DNA from: Spirochaetia bacterium
Lineage (GTDB): Bacteria; Spirochaetota; Spirochaetia; CADAEX01
Reading direction: 5' to 3'
Length of the DNA: 64,000 nucleotides
Assembly: GCA_963662795.1 (NCBI GenBank)
Contig: OY759746.1
Location: 2,432,001-2,496,000, forward strand
The notes beneath the pieces are model-generated. The model was not told the DNA's origin, made no database searches, and saw only the letters and a list, made by a program, of their open reading frames with translations. The translations under genes and the position numbers were made by a program. Shown in pieces: positions 30,347 to 41,344 of this stretch; within the stretch, counting starts at the first letter, position 1; every line of letters begins with the position of its first letter.

Positions 30347-31626
30347 AGATTCTCATTTATAATCCTTTCGCCGGAATCAGCGGAGATATGAATATCGGCG
30401 CAATGGTATCACTCGGCGTTCCTGAATCATATTTTGACGAAACTATAAAACATCTTCACCTCCATGGTGTAGAAATTGAATTTGCAAAAGATCAACGAAA
30501 AGGTATCAGCGGAGTCAAAGTTTTGATAAGAGATAAAGAGTTGTTGACTGCTGATAACGGTTCAGGATTTCAGCACGAGCATGAGCACAAACATAAACAC
30601 GAACACGAACATGGCAGCAAAAAACAGAAATCACAAAATATTAATCCGCACCCGCATAGAAATCTTGAAGATATAAAAAAAATTATACAGGAGAGCAGTC
30701 TTTCTGATCCGATTAAAGAAAGAAGTCTTGCAATTTTTACTAATCTTGCAGAAGCGGAAGCCAGGGTCCATGGTACAAGTATAAGTGAAGTACATTTTCA
30801 TGAGGCAGGTGCCGTTGATTCAATTGCTGATATTGTGTGTGCCGCTTCCGCAATTGAATTTCTTAAACCTGACAAAATAATATCACTTCCGGTTGAACTT
30901 GGAAGCGGGTTTGTTAATTGTGCCCATGGTATTCTACCTGTCCCGGCACCTGCCGTTGCAGCACTTCTTGAAAACATTCCCGTAACATACGGCAGGATAA
31001 ATCACGAAGCAACTACTCCGACAGGAGCCGCAATACTTAAAACCGTGGTTGATGAATTTCAAACTGAATATTCATACAGGATTATTAAGACAGGATACGG
31101 ACTTGGCAGCAGGGATGTTGAAATCCCTAATATCCTGCGTATTATGTTTGCTGAACCCTTTGATTCAAACAATTCGGCTGATGATAACTTTTCCAACAGG
31201 CCGGATGATGATGCAGTTATGATGAACTGTAATATTGATGATATGAATCCTGAGTTTTACAGCAATGTAATGAATAAACTTTTTAATGCAGGTGCAAAGG
31301 AAGTTTATTTGACACCGGTTTATATGAAAAAAAACAGACCTGGCACACTTCTTTCAGTTATGACGACCCTTAAACTTGAAGAAATTATGACAGATATTAT
31401 TTTTCTTGAAACAACCACAGCCGGGATAAGGTCATATAATGTAAAACAGAAAATGCTTGAAAGGAAGGAGGGAGTATTTGAATCAAAATATGGAAAATTA
31501 CGGGTTAAAAAACTTTTCTATAAAGGTAACTGTATTTCCAAAAAACCTGAATACGATGACATGGTCCGACTTGCAGACGAAAATAAGATATCTATAAAAG
31601 AACTTTATAAAGAAGTAAAATTATGA
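30343..31626 (+). CDS. larC: Nickel-pincer cofactor nickel insertase
   Basis: GISGDM, His-rich HEHEHKHKHEHEH, VHFHE.GAVDS, PVPAPA, TPTGAA, NIDDM, MKKNRPG, KPEYDD. Confidence 0.95.
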   Translation: MKILIYNPFAGISGDMNIGAMVSLGVPESYFDETIKHLHLHGVEIEFAKDQRKGISGVKVLIRDKELLTADNGSGFQHEHEHKHKHEHEHGSKKQKSQNINPHPHRNLEDIKKIIQESSLSDPIKERSLAIFTNLAEAEARVHGTSISEVHFHEAGAVDSIADIVCAASAIEFLKPDKIISLPVELGSGFVNCAHGILPVPAPAVAALLENIPVTYGRINHEATTPTGAAILKTVVDEFQTEYSYRIIKTGYGLGSRDVEIPNILRIMFAEPFDSNNSADDNFSNRPDDDAVMMNCNIDDMNPEFYSNVMNKLFNAGAKEVYLTPVYMKKNRPGTLLSVMTTLKLEEIMTDIIFLETTTAGIRSYNVKQKMLERKEGVFESKYGKLRVKKLFYKGNCISKKPEYDDMVRLADENKISIKELYKEVKL

Positions 31627-32453
31627 AATTAAAAGAAAAATATCATAATTTGAAAAAATATCTTTCTGCAGTTGGTGATATGGCAGTTGCTTTTTCCGGG
31701 GGAACAGACAGCGTTTTTCTGCTTGCAGCTGCATTAAAATATTCATCAGGACGAGTTATTGCAGTAACTGTCAGCACTCCCTATATCCAGAATTCTATAA
31801 TGAATGATGCACGAAAAGCTGCAGATCAGCTCTTTAAGAACATAAAAAAAACACAGCATATTGTAGAGAATATTCCGGTTATCCCAAAATCTGTTTTGAA
31901 TAATCCACTGAACAGGTGTTATGAATGCAAGAAAGTGATGATGAAAAAAATTATTTTTGCGGCTGGTAAAAATAATTTTTTCAATATTGTTGATGGTTCA
32001 AATATTGATGATCTCAACGACTACAGGCCTGGATTAAAAGCACTGAAAGAATTAAAAATAAAAAGTCCTCTTGTTGAATGTGGTTTTACAAAAAAAGACG
32101 TCAGAATTGTTTCAAGAATGATGAATTTGCCGACCTGGAATAAAAAATCTTCAACATGTCTTCTTACCAGACTCCAATATAACAGCCGGATAGAGCTGCC
32201 GACTTTGAAAATGATCGAATCATCTGAGAAATATATTGAAGGTAAAGGATTTACCAATGTAAGGATTCGTACCATCGGCAGAAGTGGAGTAATCGAAATA
32301 TCAAAAGAAGAATTATCAAAACTGGCTGGGGATGAAATGATGCAGAAAATCTATGTTGTGCTTAAAAAAAATGGGTACGAGTATATAGTTGTTGATCCTG
32401 AGGGATATAGAAGCGGAAGCATGAATATATTTTATCAAAATGGAAATAAATAG
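31623..32453 (+). CDS. larE: Nickel-pincer cofactor ATP-dependent sulfur transferase
   Basis: AFSGGTDS PP-loop, RCYECK, DYRPG, CL.TR, GYRSGSMN. Confidence 0.93.
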   Translation: MKLKEKYHNLKKYLSAVGDMAVAFSGGTDSVFLLAAALKYSSGRVIAVTVSTPYIQNSIMNDARKAADQLFKNIKKTQHIVENIPVIPKSVLNNPLNRCYECKKVMMKKIIFAAGKNNFFNIVDGSNIDDLNDYRPGLKALKELKIKSPLVECGFTKKDVRIVSRMMNLPTWNKKSSTCLLTRLQYNSRIELPTLKMIESSEKYIEGKGFTNVRIRTIGRSGVIEISKEELSKLAGDEMMQKIYVVLKKNGYEYIVVDPEGYRSGSMNIFYQNGNK

Positions 32454-33196
32454 TGAAAAAACTTGAAGAGATTCTGGATAAATATAAACGCAATCAATTA
32501 TCAACTGAGGATGCATGCCGATTGATTGACAACGGTTATTACAGTGATATCGGTCATACAATTATTGATACAGGAAGAGTAATACGTACAGGGTATCCTG
32601 AAGCAATTTTTTGTAAGGGTAAAACAACTGAGCGGATTATTGAAATAATGAAATCCATGAAAGAAAATGGAATTAATATCCTTGCTACCAGAATGACCTC
32701 TGAAGTTTATCTGTCAATTTCCAATGAGTTTCCTCATGGAGTTTACAGCAGGGATGCCTCTATATTTACACTCTTATGTACTGAACAGGAAATATCAGGA
32801 AAAGGTTTTATAGCTGTAGTTTGTGCCGGCACTTCAGATATTTCTGTGGCCGAAGAGGCAGCAATAACAGCAGAATTTTATGGTCATAGTGTTAAAAGAT
32901 TTTATGATGTAGGTATAGCAGGTATACACAGATTGTTCAGATGTATTGATGAAATCAGAAATGCAAAAGTAATTATTGCTGTTGCAGGAATGGAAGGAGC
33001 GCTTGCGAGTGTGATTGCAGGTCTTGTAAAGACTCCAGTCATCGCAGTACCTGTCAGTACCGGGTATGGTGCTTCATTCAGCGGAGTCGCGGCCTTACTG
33101 TCAATGCTTACTAGTTGTTCATCAGGTATTTCTGTTGTAAATATTGATAATGGATTTGGGGCAGCACAGTTTGCCTCAAGAATCTGCAGTTTATAA
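32453..33196 (+). CDS. larB: Nickel-pincer cofactor carboxylase/hydrolase
   Basis: GYPEAIF..GKT, AGTSD, DVG.AGIHRL, AGMEGAL, VVNIDNGFGAA. Confidence 0.95.
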   Translation: MKKLEEILDKYKRNQLSTEDACRLIDNGYYSDIGHTIIDTGRVIRTGYPEAIFCKGKTTERIIEIMKSMKENGINILATRMTSEVYLSISNEFPHGVYSRDASIFTLLCTEQEISGKGFIAVVCAGTSDISVAEEAAITAEFYGHSVKRFYDVGIAGIHRLFRCIDEIRNAKVIIAVAGMEGALASVIAGLVKTPVIAVPVSTGYGASFSGVAALLSMLTSCSSGISVVNIDNGFGAAQFASRICSL

Positions 33197-33472
33197 AAAA
33201 TATCAATTAAAGCCGGTGATGATAAATTAAATTTCAATTACAGTACTGCCAGGACTATACCTTGGTTCGCCCCCGATATAATAGACAAATGATTAAGCCA
33301 TAATAAAAATGGAGCATGCCTCTCCGTGAGTGGAAACCAGCTTTGAACCGATTTTTATTGGAATATGGAGAGCGGTTTTCTGATGAATAAAAAGTCAGTT
33401 ACACGGAATTCTTTACAGGCTCTATTCCAACTCTACATGGCCGTAAAGTTGGAATATTCATCTTAAAGATTT

Positions 33473-35728
33473 TTACTGCCTAATTTCTAATGTAGCTTGA
33501 ACCATATTTGCTAATGCAGGTTTTACCTCTTCCCATTTTCTGGTTTTTAAACCGCAATCCGGATTGACCCACATCTTTGATTTATTAACAACTTGAAGTC
33601 TTTCTATTATCTGCTCTTTAAACTCATTAATTGAAGGAACCCGTGGAGAATGAATATCATATACTCCTGGCCCGATCTCATTTTTGTAATCCGTATCATG
33701 AAATATTTTTAATAGTCTATTACCACTTCTTGCTGTTTCAATCGTTATGACATCCGCATCCATCTCTTCAATTTTTTTTATAATGTCATTGAATTCACTA
33801 TAACACATATGAGTATGGATTTGTGTTTCTTTTTTTGCAGTAGAAACTGCTAATTTAAAACTAACGACAGCCCACTGCTCATATTTTTCAATTCTTTCTT
33901 TACGCAGGGGATACCCTTCTTTAAATGCTGCTTCATCAACCTGTATTATTTTTATACCGGCATTTTGTAAATCACTTATTTCATCAGACAAAGCAACAGC
34001 TATCTGCTTTGCAATCTCTGAACGGGGAATATCATTCCTTACAAATGACCAGTTAATTATTGTTACAGGTCCGGTTAGCATCCCTTTCATTTTTTTCTGA
34101 GTTTTACTCTGTGCATAGGAAATCCATTGTACAGTCATCGGTTCAGGGCGGCTTATGTCACCGTAAATTACCGGGGGCTTAACGCAGCGACTGCCATAAC
34201 TTTGCACCCATCCGTTTTTCGTAAAGTGAAACCCGTCTAAAAGCTCACCAAAGTATTCAACCATGTCATTTCTTTCAGGCTCGCCATGAACTAATACATC
34301 AAGACCAATGCTTTCTTGAAATGATATGCAATAATCAATGTATTTTTTTATTTCTGATTCATATTCCTTGTATGAAATTCGATTATTTTTAAAATCCAAT
34401 CGAATTTTACGTATTTCCGGTGTTTGTGGAAAACTGCCAATTGTTGTGGTGGGCAATGGAGGAAGATTCATTTCTTCTTTCTGGATTTTTATTCTCTCAT
34501 TGAAACTGCCTTCTCTTGATAAAACCGTAACATTTTTTAATCTGTCGCTTACTACTTGATTTGTGATTAATTTTGACGTTGCCTTTTCATTTAATACTTT
34601 CCTGTTTTGATCAATTTTACAGTTATCTTCATTTGATATAACGTTGTCATGAAAAATCCTTCCAAGAAAAGCCACTTCCTCAACTTTTTCAATAGCAAAG
34701 GCCATCCATTGTTTGATATCACTTTCCGGTTCTTTTTTTAAAGAATATGGCACATGAAGCAAAGAGCAACTTGTAGAAATTATTATCTGATCCTTTGAGA
34801 CTATCTCCGATATTTTATTAAGAAGTTCAAAAGATTTATTAAAATTATTCATCCAGATGTTTCGACCATCAACTATACCGGCAATAAGTTTTTTATTACC
34901 AATAAAGCTGAGACTATCCAGATTTTTATTTCCATGGATAAAATCAAGCCCAATACCCCAGATAGATGTATTTGCAAGCTCCTCTACAGCTTCGCAAGCA
35001 TGTTCAAAAAAGGTGTTAACAATAATTTTGATGTTTTTACTGACAAACGACAATTCTTCATAAGTATTTCTTACGAGAGAAAGTAGTTTTTCAGTTGGAT
35101 TTTTTACAAGAATTGGTTCATCAAACTGAATAAAAATTGAATTATCCAGTTTTTCAAGTATTAATAATAATTCTTTGTAAATCGAAAGCACATTATCAAA
35201 ATAAACAAAGGGGTCTTTTCCATTTGTAGTTTTTGATAAGCCAATAAAGGTGATTGGGCCAATAATATTGATTTTAGTTTTAATACCAATATCTTTTGCC
35301 TCCTGATATTCTTTAACAAGTTTTTCTGGATTTAGCTGAAATTTTATACTATCATCCAGTTCTGGAACGATATAATGATAGTTTGTATTAAACCATTTAG
35401 TCATTTCCATTGCGACGGTAGTAGCATTTCCCCTCGCCATAGCAAAATAGCGTTCAGCATAATCTTTAATATTGCGAAATCTTTCGGGGATAGCATTAAG
35501 CATCAGTGATGTATCCAGCATATTATCATAATAGCTGAAATCATTTGAACTTATAAAATCTATGCCCTTATTTTTTTGCTCAACCCAATGTTTTTTCCGT
35601 AATTCTCGTGCAACCTTTTCAAGTTCTTTTAATGTGGTTTTGTTGGACCAGTAATTTTCCAACGCATTCTTAAGTTCTCTGTTTTCCCCGATTCTGGGAA
35701 AACCAGTAATCATCGTTTTGTTTTTCAT
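33473..35728 (-). CDS. metE: Cobalamin-independent methionine synthase
   Basis: GFPRIG..RELK, EMTKWFNTNYHY, HGEPERNDMV, HTHMCY, VNPDCGLKTR. Confidence 0.98.
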   Translation of the reverse strand: MKNKTMITGFPRIGENRELKNALENYWSNKTTLKELEKVARELRKKHWVEQKNKGIDFISSNDFSYYDNMLDTSLMLNAIPERFRNIKDYAERYFAMARGNATTVAMEMTKWFNTNYHYIVPELDDSIKFQLNPEKLVKEYQEAKDIGIKTKINIIGPITFIGLSKTTNGKDPFVYFDNVLSIYKELLLILEKLDNSIFIQFDEPILVKNPTEKLLSLVRNTYEELSFVSKNIKIIVNTFFEHACEAVEELANTSIWGIGLDFIHGNKNLDSLSFIGNKKLIAGIVDGRNIWMNNFNKSFELLNKISEIVSKDQIIISTSCSLLHVPYSLKKEPESDIKQWMAFAIEKVEEVAFLGRIFHDNVISNEDNCKIDQNRKVLNEKATSKLITNQVVSDRLKNVTVLSREGSFNERIKIQKEEMNLPPLPTTTIGSFPQTPEIRKIRLDFKNNRISYKEYESEIKKYIDYCISFQESIGLDVLVHGEPERNDMVEYFGELLDGFHFTKNGWVQSYGSRCVKPPVIYGDISRPEPMTVQWISYAQSKTQKKMKGMLTGPVTIINWSFVRNDIPRSEIAKQIAVALSDEISDLQNAGIKIIQVDEAAFKEGYPLRKERIEKYEQWAVVSFKLAVSTAKKETQIHTHMCYSEFNDIIKKIEEMDADVITIETARSGNRLLKIFHDTDYKNEIGPGVYDIHSPRVPSINEFKEQIIERLQVVNKSKMWVNPDCGLKTRKWEEVKPALANMVQATLEIRQ

Positions 35729-35762
35729 TGTATCTCCTTTTGTTTACGCGACAAAATTTGGT

Positions 35763-35868
35763 TATTACTACCATGGCATTCGGACTTAGAGATTGTTTAA
35801 AAGCGTCTCAACACCGTAGCGCGACTGTGCCTGATTCTCACAGGTCTTCCCCATATAAGAAAGTAATG
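35763..35868 (-). ncRNA. Cobalamin riboswitch (short AdoCbl-variant / class II type)
   Basis: Minus strand TGGGGAAGACCTGTGAGAATCAGGCACAGTCGCGCTACGGT...AAGTCCGAATGCCA directly upstream of metE. Confidence 0.88.
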
Positions 35869-36112
35869 TTTATTCTTGTATTAAATCTATCGTGTTTTGT
35901 CAATTATTATGTCCTTTCATCCTCCATCTTTCTATTTTTTGAGGCTAAGGATAGCCGGGCCGTCTTATTATATCTTCTGCACCTATTGTGTAAAACTCTT
36001 ATCCTTCGCAATATTGTGTCTATCTTGCAATCATACACCCGGGATAGGGATATAAATAGCCTTATTTATATTGCAACTGAATCCGTAATAAGTAAAATAT
36101 AGAGAGGCAAAA

Positions 36113-36598
36113 TTAAATTTTATCCAGGGAAGACAGAAAAACGGTTTTTAAATCTATTACAAAATATTCTGCATTATTTAAATCCAATTCATTTGGCCTT
36201 TTCTTGTTTAACCCGCCAAAAAAATATTTAGTAAAACCGTAATTCATGAATCCCCTGCAGATAAATTCATCGATTACAATAAACCCTTTTGTAATTAAGG
36301 CAATTCTTAACGGTTCGTGCATTTTTTTATAGCAGATGGTTGCTGTTGAAAAAATAAATGATTTTAATTTATCTTGCTGTTTTATGGTATCAAGCAGATT
36401 AAACAGACTAATGTGATGTTTTCTGTTATAAATACCGGATCCAAAACCGATTAAATCATACTTGGTAAAATCATTTGAATCAACTTCAGAAGGCAATTTA
36501 ATATCAGCATTAAGTTCCCTGGCAATAGTTTTTGCAATTCTCATTGTATTGCCGTGGTGCATTGAATGGCATATTACTAATGTTTTTTTGGGGGGCAT
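36113..36598 (-). CDS. Flavodoxin family protein
   Basis: SMHHGNT..IA, YDLIGFGSGIY, FIFST, EF.CRG, GLNK.RP. Confidence 0.88.
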   Translation of the reverse strand: MPPKKTLVICHSMHHGNTMRIAKTIARELNADIKLPSEVDSNDFTKYDLIGFGSGIYNRKHHISLFNLLDTIKQQDKLKSFIFSTATICYKKMHEPLRIALITKGFIVIDEFICRGFMNYGFTKYFFGGLNKKRPNELDLNNAEYFVIDLKTVFLSSLDKI

Positions 36599-36662
36599 AA
36601 TAATCCTCTGTCTGGTATTTTACACCTGTTCCAGGAATCTGAAAAGTAGATTTTACCTTGGG

Positions 36663-37626
36663 GATGAACAGTTAAAAGAGAAGGTTCCCCCCCCGCTGCC
36701 CATAATCAAAGAAAATGAGTAGCATGGAATTACGACAAACCAAAAAAGGAGGAACCTATGCATACATATTACCAACTATACAAAAACTGTAAGAAAATGG
36801 CTTCGAAGATTTGAAGAAGAAAAAAAAGGAGACCTCAAAGACAGATCAAAACGCCCCAAAAAATTTCCAAATGAAATAAAGCTATTCTGGTATTTTAAAA
36901 TCGTAGATATCTGTAAAGAGGCCAAAAATAGTAACAAAAGAATAAATGCTGCCATGATAAAAAGAAAGCACAACATACCATACAGCAAGAATACAATTCT
37001 AAAAGTCATGAGAGAGATTGATTTCCTGCCCCCAGAAGAGAAAAAAACATCAGAGAAAGCGGGATTTAAGGGAAATAAAGGCTAAAATGAAACCTTTTGA
37101 AAAAGTGCAGGTTGATATCAAATATCTTGATGATATTCCTGAAATGTATGGTTCATATATTGTTCATAAGCTTTCCGGATATCAAATAACAGCCAGAGAC
37201 GTAAGTACAGGAGCATTGTTTTACTCATATGCCATAGAAAAGAACTCAACCAATACAACAATGTTTATTCTTGAGTTAAAAGAGCATCTGGAAAGAAATG
37301 GCAGAGAGATGTTGAAACATCTCACCGACTGATTGAGGATGAGCTTTATGCCTGTGAAATATTTTCATCAAAGAACAATTTCTTCGAAAAAGCAGTTGTT
37401 TACCAAAAGTTCTTTAATGCAGGACGCAATAATTCGTACAAAGGTGCGACTCCAAAAGAATTATTGCTCGAGAGAGCAGTTAACATTAACCCGGATGTAT
37501 TGATTTTTAAACCAGTTCTGATTGATACGTATTACAGAAAATATAAAGATATTTTTAAGAATTTAAGTGACGAGAATATTGCTTCATGATTTATTGGGGG
37601 GGGAACCTTCTCTTTTAATATCCCAG
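36663..37626 (+). mobile_element. Internally deleted IS481-like (HTH + rve) element
   Basis: Inverted repeats TAAAAGAGAAGGTTCCCCCCCC / GGGGGGGGAACCTTCTCTTTTA; flanking 12-bp direct repeat TTTTACCTTGGG (36651, 37627); VRKWLRRF..LKDRSKRP and QVDIKYL..YQITARD fragments. Confidence 0.8.
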
Positions 37627-37834
37627 TTTTACCTTGGGTAGATGATTGAGATTCCTTGACAATTTACTACTGTTTTGCGATAATATTTTTTATCTCATTT
37701 ACTAAATCGTTTTATCAGTAATTTCAGAATACCACTGGTAAAAATATTTTCTATATGATTCCCATGGTCATCAAGGATTTCTCTTGGATCGTCACTAAAA
37801 AATAGCCATGCCTTTGATTAACTATTTGGGATAT

Positions 37835-38629
37835 TCAGATGCTAGAAATCCCTTTTAGTTTTTTTGATGGATCAGTACTCGAGCATGGTAAGCCTACAAG
37901 ACATTTGCCACAAACATCTGCATATCCAAAGTCTTTGTAATATTCTGCATTTTCTAAACACATTTGATGACATCTATTTCTATCAAAATTAAGAGAATGG
38001 AAAGCATTGTTTACGCATCTATCAATACAAATTCTACAACTTCCATTTATTTTATACAAACATTTTTCATCACTTATTTTATTCTCGAAATCTATATCAT
38101 AATTTGTTACTATTGATCCTATTCTTCCACAACAACCATTTTCAGTAATTAACATATTGTTCAGTCCGAAACTCCCCAATCCAGAAAGAAATGCTATATG
38201 CCTATGAGACCAATTACTTACTAAAGTCTCCTTATTGAAATTATTTGTTGCAGGTATTTTTCCAGCTTTATAGCCATTCTTTATCATTAATTTTTCTATA
38301 ATTTCATTTATTTCTTTAATTAAATTATTAGTTTCAATATATGCAATTGTCCATTCTTTGGATGCCCTTTTGTTCCCAATATTACTTTTTACTATTTTTT
38401 CTGTAAACGGAATAAAGAAACATATAATGCTTTTTGCATCCGAGAGGATTTCGTTTGGTAATAAATGATCTATTGATACAATACCCTTTAAATTAATAAT
38501 TTGAGAATTATCACTTTTTAGAAAACTAATTAATGGCTTTTTCCATATTTGAGATTCTTTATTTCTGGCATTTGCAGATGCTACACAAGTATTAATCTCA
38601 TTGATTATATAATTTGTCATATTTTTCAT
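37835..38629 (-). CDS. QueG/epoxyqueuosine reductase-like Fe-S protein
   Basis: WSHRHIA..SGLG.FGLNN.LITE.GCCGR, C..CI.RC, VCGKCLVGLPC. Confidence 0.8.
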   Translation of the reverse strand: MKNMTNYIINEINTCVASANARNKESQIWKKPLISFLKSDNSQIINLKGIVSIDHLLPNEILSDAKSIICFFIPFTEKIVKSNIGNKRASKEWTIAYIETNNLIKEINEIIEKLMIKNGYKAGKIPATNNFNKETLVSNWSHRHIAFLSGLGSFGLNNMLITENGCCGRIGSIVTNYDIDFENKISDEKCLYKINGSCRICIDRCVNNAFHSLNFDRNRCHQMCLENAEYYKDFGYADVCGKCLVGLPCSSTDPSKKLKGISSI

Positions 38630-39174
38630 ACATTAAGCTCATTAATTTTATTTAAAATGAAATCAACTCTACCCTTAATAGAGATCAGTGGTACTGTTAT
38701 TATATTGTATCCTAGCTGTCTATATATTCTATAAATCTTTTCCCCAAATTCATTTGCTGATTGAAAATCCATTTTCCTTTCATCATCAGTTGTATATATT
38801 TCTTCCCAACCTTTAAGGCAAAATATATTTTTATTATATCTATATAATTCAGAAGATTTTTTATATATTTTTATATCAATACCAAATAATTCTCCGTATG
38901 CAATCATATCAGGAATTCCTCTATCAAAGATTATAAGTTTATTTTTATGTAAGAAATCAAGATAATTCTTGGTTGATCTTGAGAGCATCAATTGATTAAA
39001 TAAAGCTGAATTAATTTCAGGTACACCATCAGCTTGAATTGCTCTCTGTTCTTTTAATATCTGTCTTGCTGGTTCAGGGATGCATTTTATATCTTTTTTC
39101 ATAATTTCATTTATTATTGTAGATTTACCAGATCCCATAGCACCAGTAAGTATAATAAAATTATTTTTGAACAT
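38626..39174 (-). CDS. AAA_28-type P-loop ATPase
   Basis: LTGAMGSGKST, FDRGIPD, IYTTDDER. Confidence 0.85.
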   Translation of the reverse strand: MFKNNFIILTGAMGSGKSTIINEIMKKDIKCIPEPARQILKEQRAIQADGVPEINSALFNQLMLSRSTKNYLDFLHKNKLIIFDRGIPDMIAYGELFGIDIKIYKKSSELYRYNKNIFCLKGWEEIYTTDDERKMDFQSANEFGEKIYRIYRQLGYNIITVPLISIKGRVDFILNKINELNV

Positions 39175-39287
39175 TCTTCTTACCCCTTTGATTATTTTTG
39201 CTTAAGTTGAAAAAATGATAATATACTTTTCTGGAACAACTCAACAAATAATATTGCATAATTGACCTTGCCAGTTGGCTGGAGGTT

Positions 39288-40311
39288 TAAACTGCGCCCT
39301 TTTGTCAACACACTTTTGACAAGTGTTTAAGGTGTATCACGCCGCCTGTTCGCCAGGCTGACAGCCTGAAATGATTCATGTATTTCATCAGGAGTCCTGT
39401 ATTCAAGACTCTGGTGGAAACGCCTGGTGTTAGAAAAATTAAAATATTGCGTTACTCCTTCCTTAAGTTCTTTAACTGTTTCATAATGTTTTATATAAAT
39501 ATCTTCGTACTTGAGTGATCTCCAGAGCCTTTCGACAAAAATATTATCAGGCGCACGGTTTTTCCCGTCCATGCTTATTCTTATGCCATAATCATGCAGT
39601 ACTTCTGTCCAGCAGGGTGAATTAAATTGGCAGCCCTGATCAGTGTTGAAAATTGCAGCCACTCCATACTTTTCAATTGTTTCATGTAAGCAGTTTGCAA
39701 ATATTGGCGCATCAAGTGTATTGGTTATTATCCAGTTAAGCACTTTGCGTGAATAAAGATCTATTACCGCCATCAGGTACACAGGCCCTGATGGCAGTTT
39801 GATATAAGTCAAATCAGCAGCCCAGACCTGATTCGGGTATCTTATTATTTCCCCTTCAAGCAGATACGGATATTTCTTGCTTTCCTGCCTTGCTTTTGAA
39901 AGATTCTCTCCGGGGAATATTGCCATAAGCCCTGCTTTTCTCATGATTCTGCGTATCTGTTTCCGGGATACACTTAAGCCTTTACTATTGATCTCAAGAG
40001 CTATTTTTCTATAGCCATAAAATGGCAGGAGAATTAATGTTTCCCTTATCTTTTTAAGTATCTCAATATCTTTTTCCTCAACTTTCCTCCTGCTTTTTCC
40101 ATAGGCTGATCTGGTTTGGATGTACGTCATACTTTTTAGCAATTTCCTGTAAGGTTAGTTCCTCTCGAAGTGCATCAAGTGTTACTTTTACCTTGAATGC
40201 CTTGTCAAATCTTTGTCTTTTTTTCATTGTGTTTTCCGCTCCTTTAATTATAGCGGATTTTACACCTTAATCATACAGGTTTTTTCTGTCCTGTTTTCCG
40301 GGCTCATTATA
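39288..40311 (-). mobile_element. IS3-family element with deletion of the orfA 3' end / orfB 5' end
   Basis: orfA MKKRQRFDKAFK..VHPNQI from 40227; orfB YGYRK, W.ADLTYI, NTDQG.QF, DNIFVERLW; imperfect ends TATAATGAGCCC / TAAACTGCGCCC. Confidence 0.85.
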
Positions 40312-40354
40312 ATCTGCTGGTCGAAGGTCCGGGATGAATGTTTGCTATTAGGTG
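40312..40354 (-). repeat. Truncated attC-like half-site
   Basis: Minus strand ACCTAAT...CCCGGACCTTCGACC right after the GNAT stop, cut by the IS3 end; related to 56228-56263. Confidence 0.45.
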
Positions 40355-40367
40355 TATTCAGTTGTTA

Positions 40368-40889
40368 TTATTTAACTATTGCATATATTTTACAATCTCG
40401 TGGAATATTTGAAATGTTCGGATGCCGTGAATATCTACGAAGAATACCTTCATATTTCATACCCAGTTTCTCCATTACTCTTCCTGAAGCTGTATTTTCA
40501 AGATCATGTACAGCCTCAATTCTAAAAATATCATCTCTTAAAATAAGCGCATCTATGATTGCTTTTCCAGCTTCTGTCATTAATCCTTTATTCCAGAAAG
40601 ATTTTGCTAATACATATCCAATCTGGATCCTGAAATCATAAAATCTAAAATCGATCATTCCGATTGTTTGTTCTGATTCTTTATGCCATAGAACAAAAGG
40701 TAAACATACATTTTCATCCCAGGTATCGATACATTCTTTAATCCAGGATTTTGTAATATTAATGTTTTCATGGGGTTTCCAAACTAAATAGCGTGTAACC
40801 TCGGAATCTTGAGCATAATTATTAAAAATATCTGTAGCATCAGAAATAATAGGTTTCCTTAGAATTAATCTTGTTGTTTCAAATATCAT
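40368..40889 (-). CDS. RimJ/RimL-type GNAT acetyltransferase
   Basis: ETTRLILR, IGYVL..FWNKGLMTEA, N.ASGRVMEKLGM..EG. Confidence 0.9.
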   Translation of the reverse strand: MIFETTRLILRKPIISDATDIFNNYAQDSEVTRYLVWKPHENINITKSWIKECIDTWDENVCLPFVLWHKESEQTIGMIDFRFYDFRIQIGYVLAKSFWNKGLMTEAGKAIIDALILRDDIFRIEAVHDLENTASGRVMEKLGMKYEGILRRYSRHPNISNIPRDCKIYAIVK

Positions 40890-41344
40890 TATTGAACCTC
40901 TATACGATATTGCAAATAATTACTTTACTCCTACTCTTTGTAAGAATGTTATAATTATCCAATTCTACACCCTCGCCCGGGATATGAAAAGTGGAATTTC
41001 TGGAGGCTAGGTAATTGCTCTACCTGTACAACTTATTCTTATATTTCATCTTCTTGTTCAATACAGTTTTCTTCTGTTATAGATGGTTCATTTGATGAAG
41101 TGACTGATATTTTTCTGGATAGCCATTCATCAAGCTCTTCAAGTTGACTAAGTTCTTCAACCGACAAGGTAATAGCAGAAGATGCATGCGAAACAATTTT
41201 TCGTTTATTGTTGAGAAAATTCGTCTATTATTATTTTTAAAGTATGGAATAAACTGACTTTAAGCCAGTAAGGCCGGATATAGGAGTAAATGTATATTAA
41301 TATAACTTAACAGCTTGTCAGACTGTCATGCTTTTAAAAAGTAT

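Noticed and set aside
30572-30613. CAYGAR-type tandem repeat
   Set aside because: Encodes the expected His-rich segment of LarC.
33240-33460. GC-richer patch between larB and metE
   Set aside because: Possibly mobile-element debris, but no IR, ORF or motif could be assigned.
35728-36102. 124-aa plus-strand ORF
   Set aside because: Antisense to the cobalamin riboswitch and the metE leader.
40213-40641. ORFs at 40213 and 57724 sharing FFHCVFRSFNYSGFYTLIIQ
   Set aside because: The shared peptide is the translated duplicated IS3 left end, not a protein family.
41035-41200. Short acidic minus-strand reading frame
   Set aside because: Looks like a gene 3' fragment without a credible start or identifiable family.
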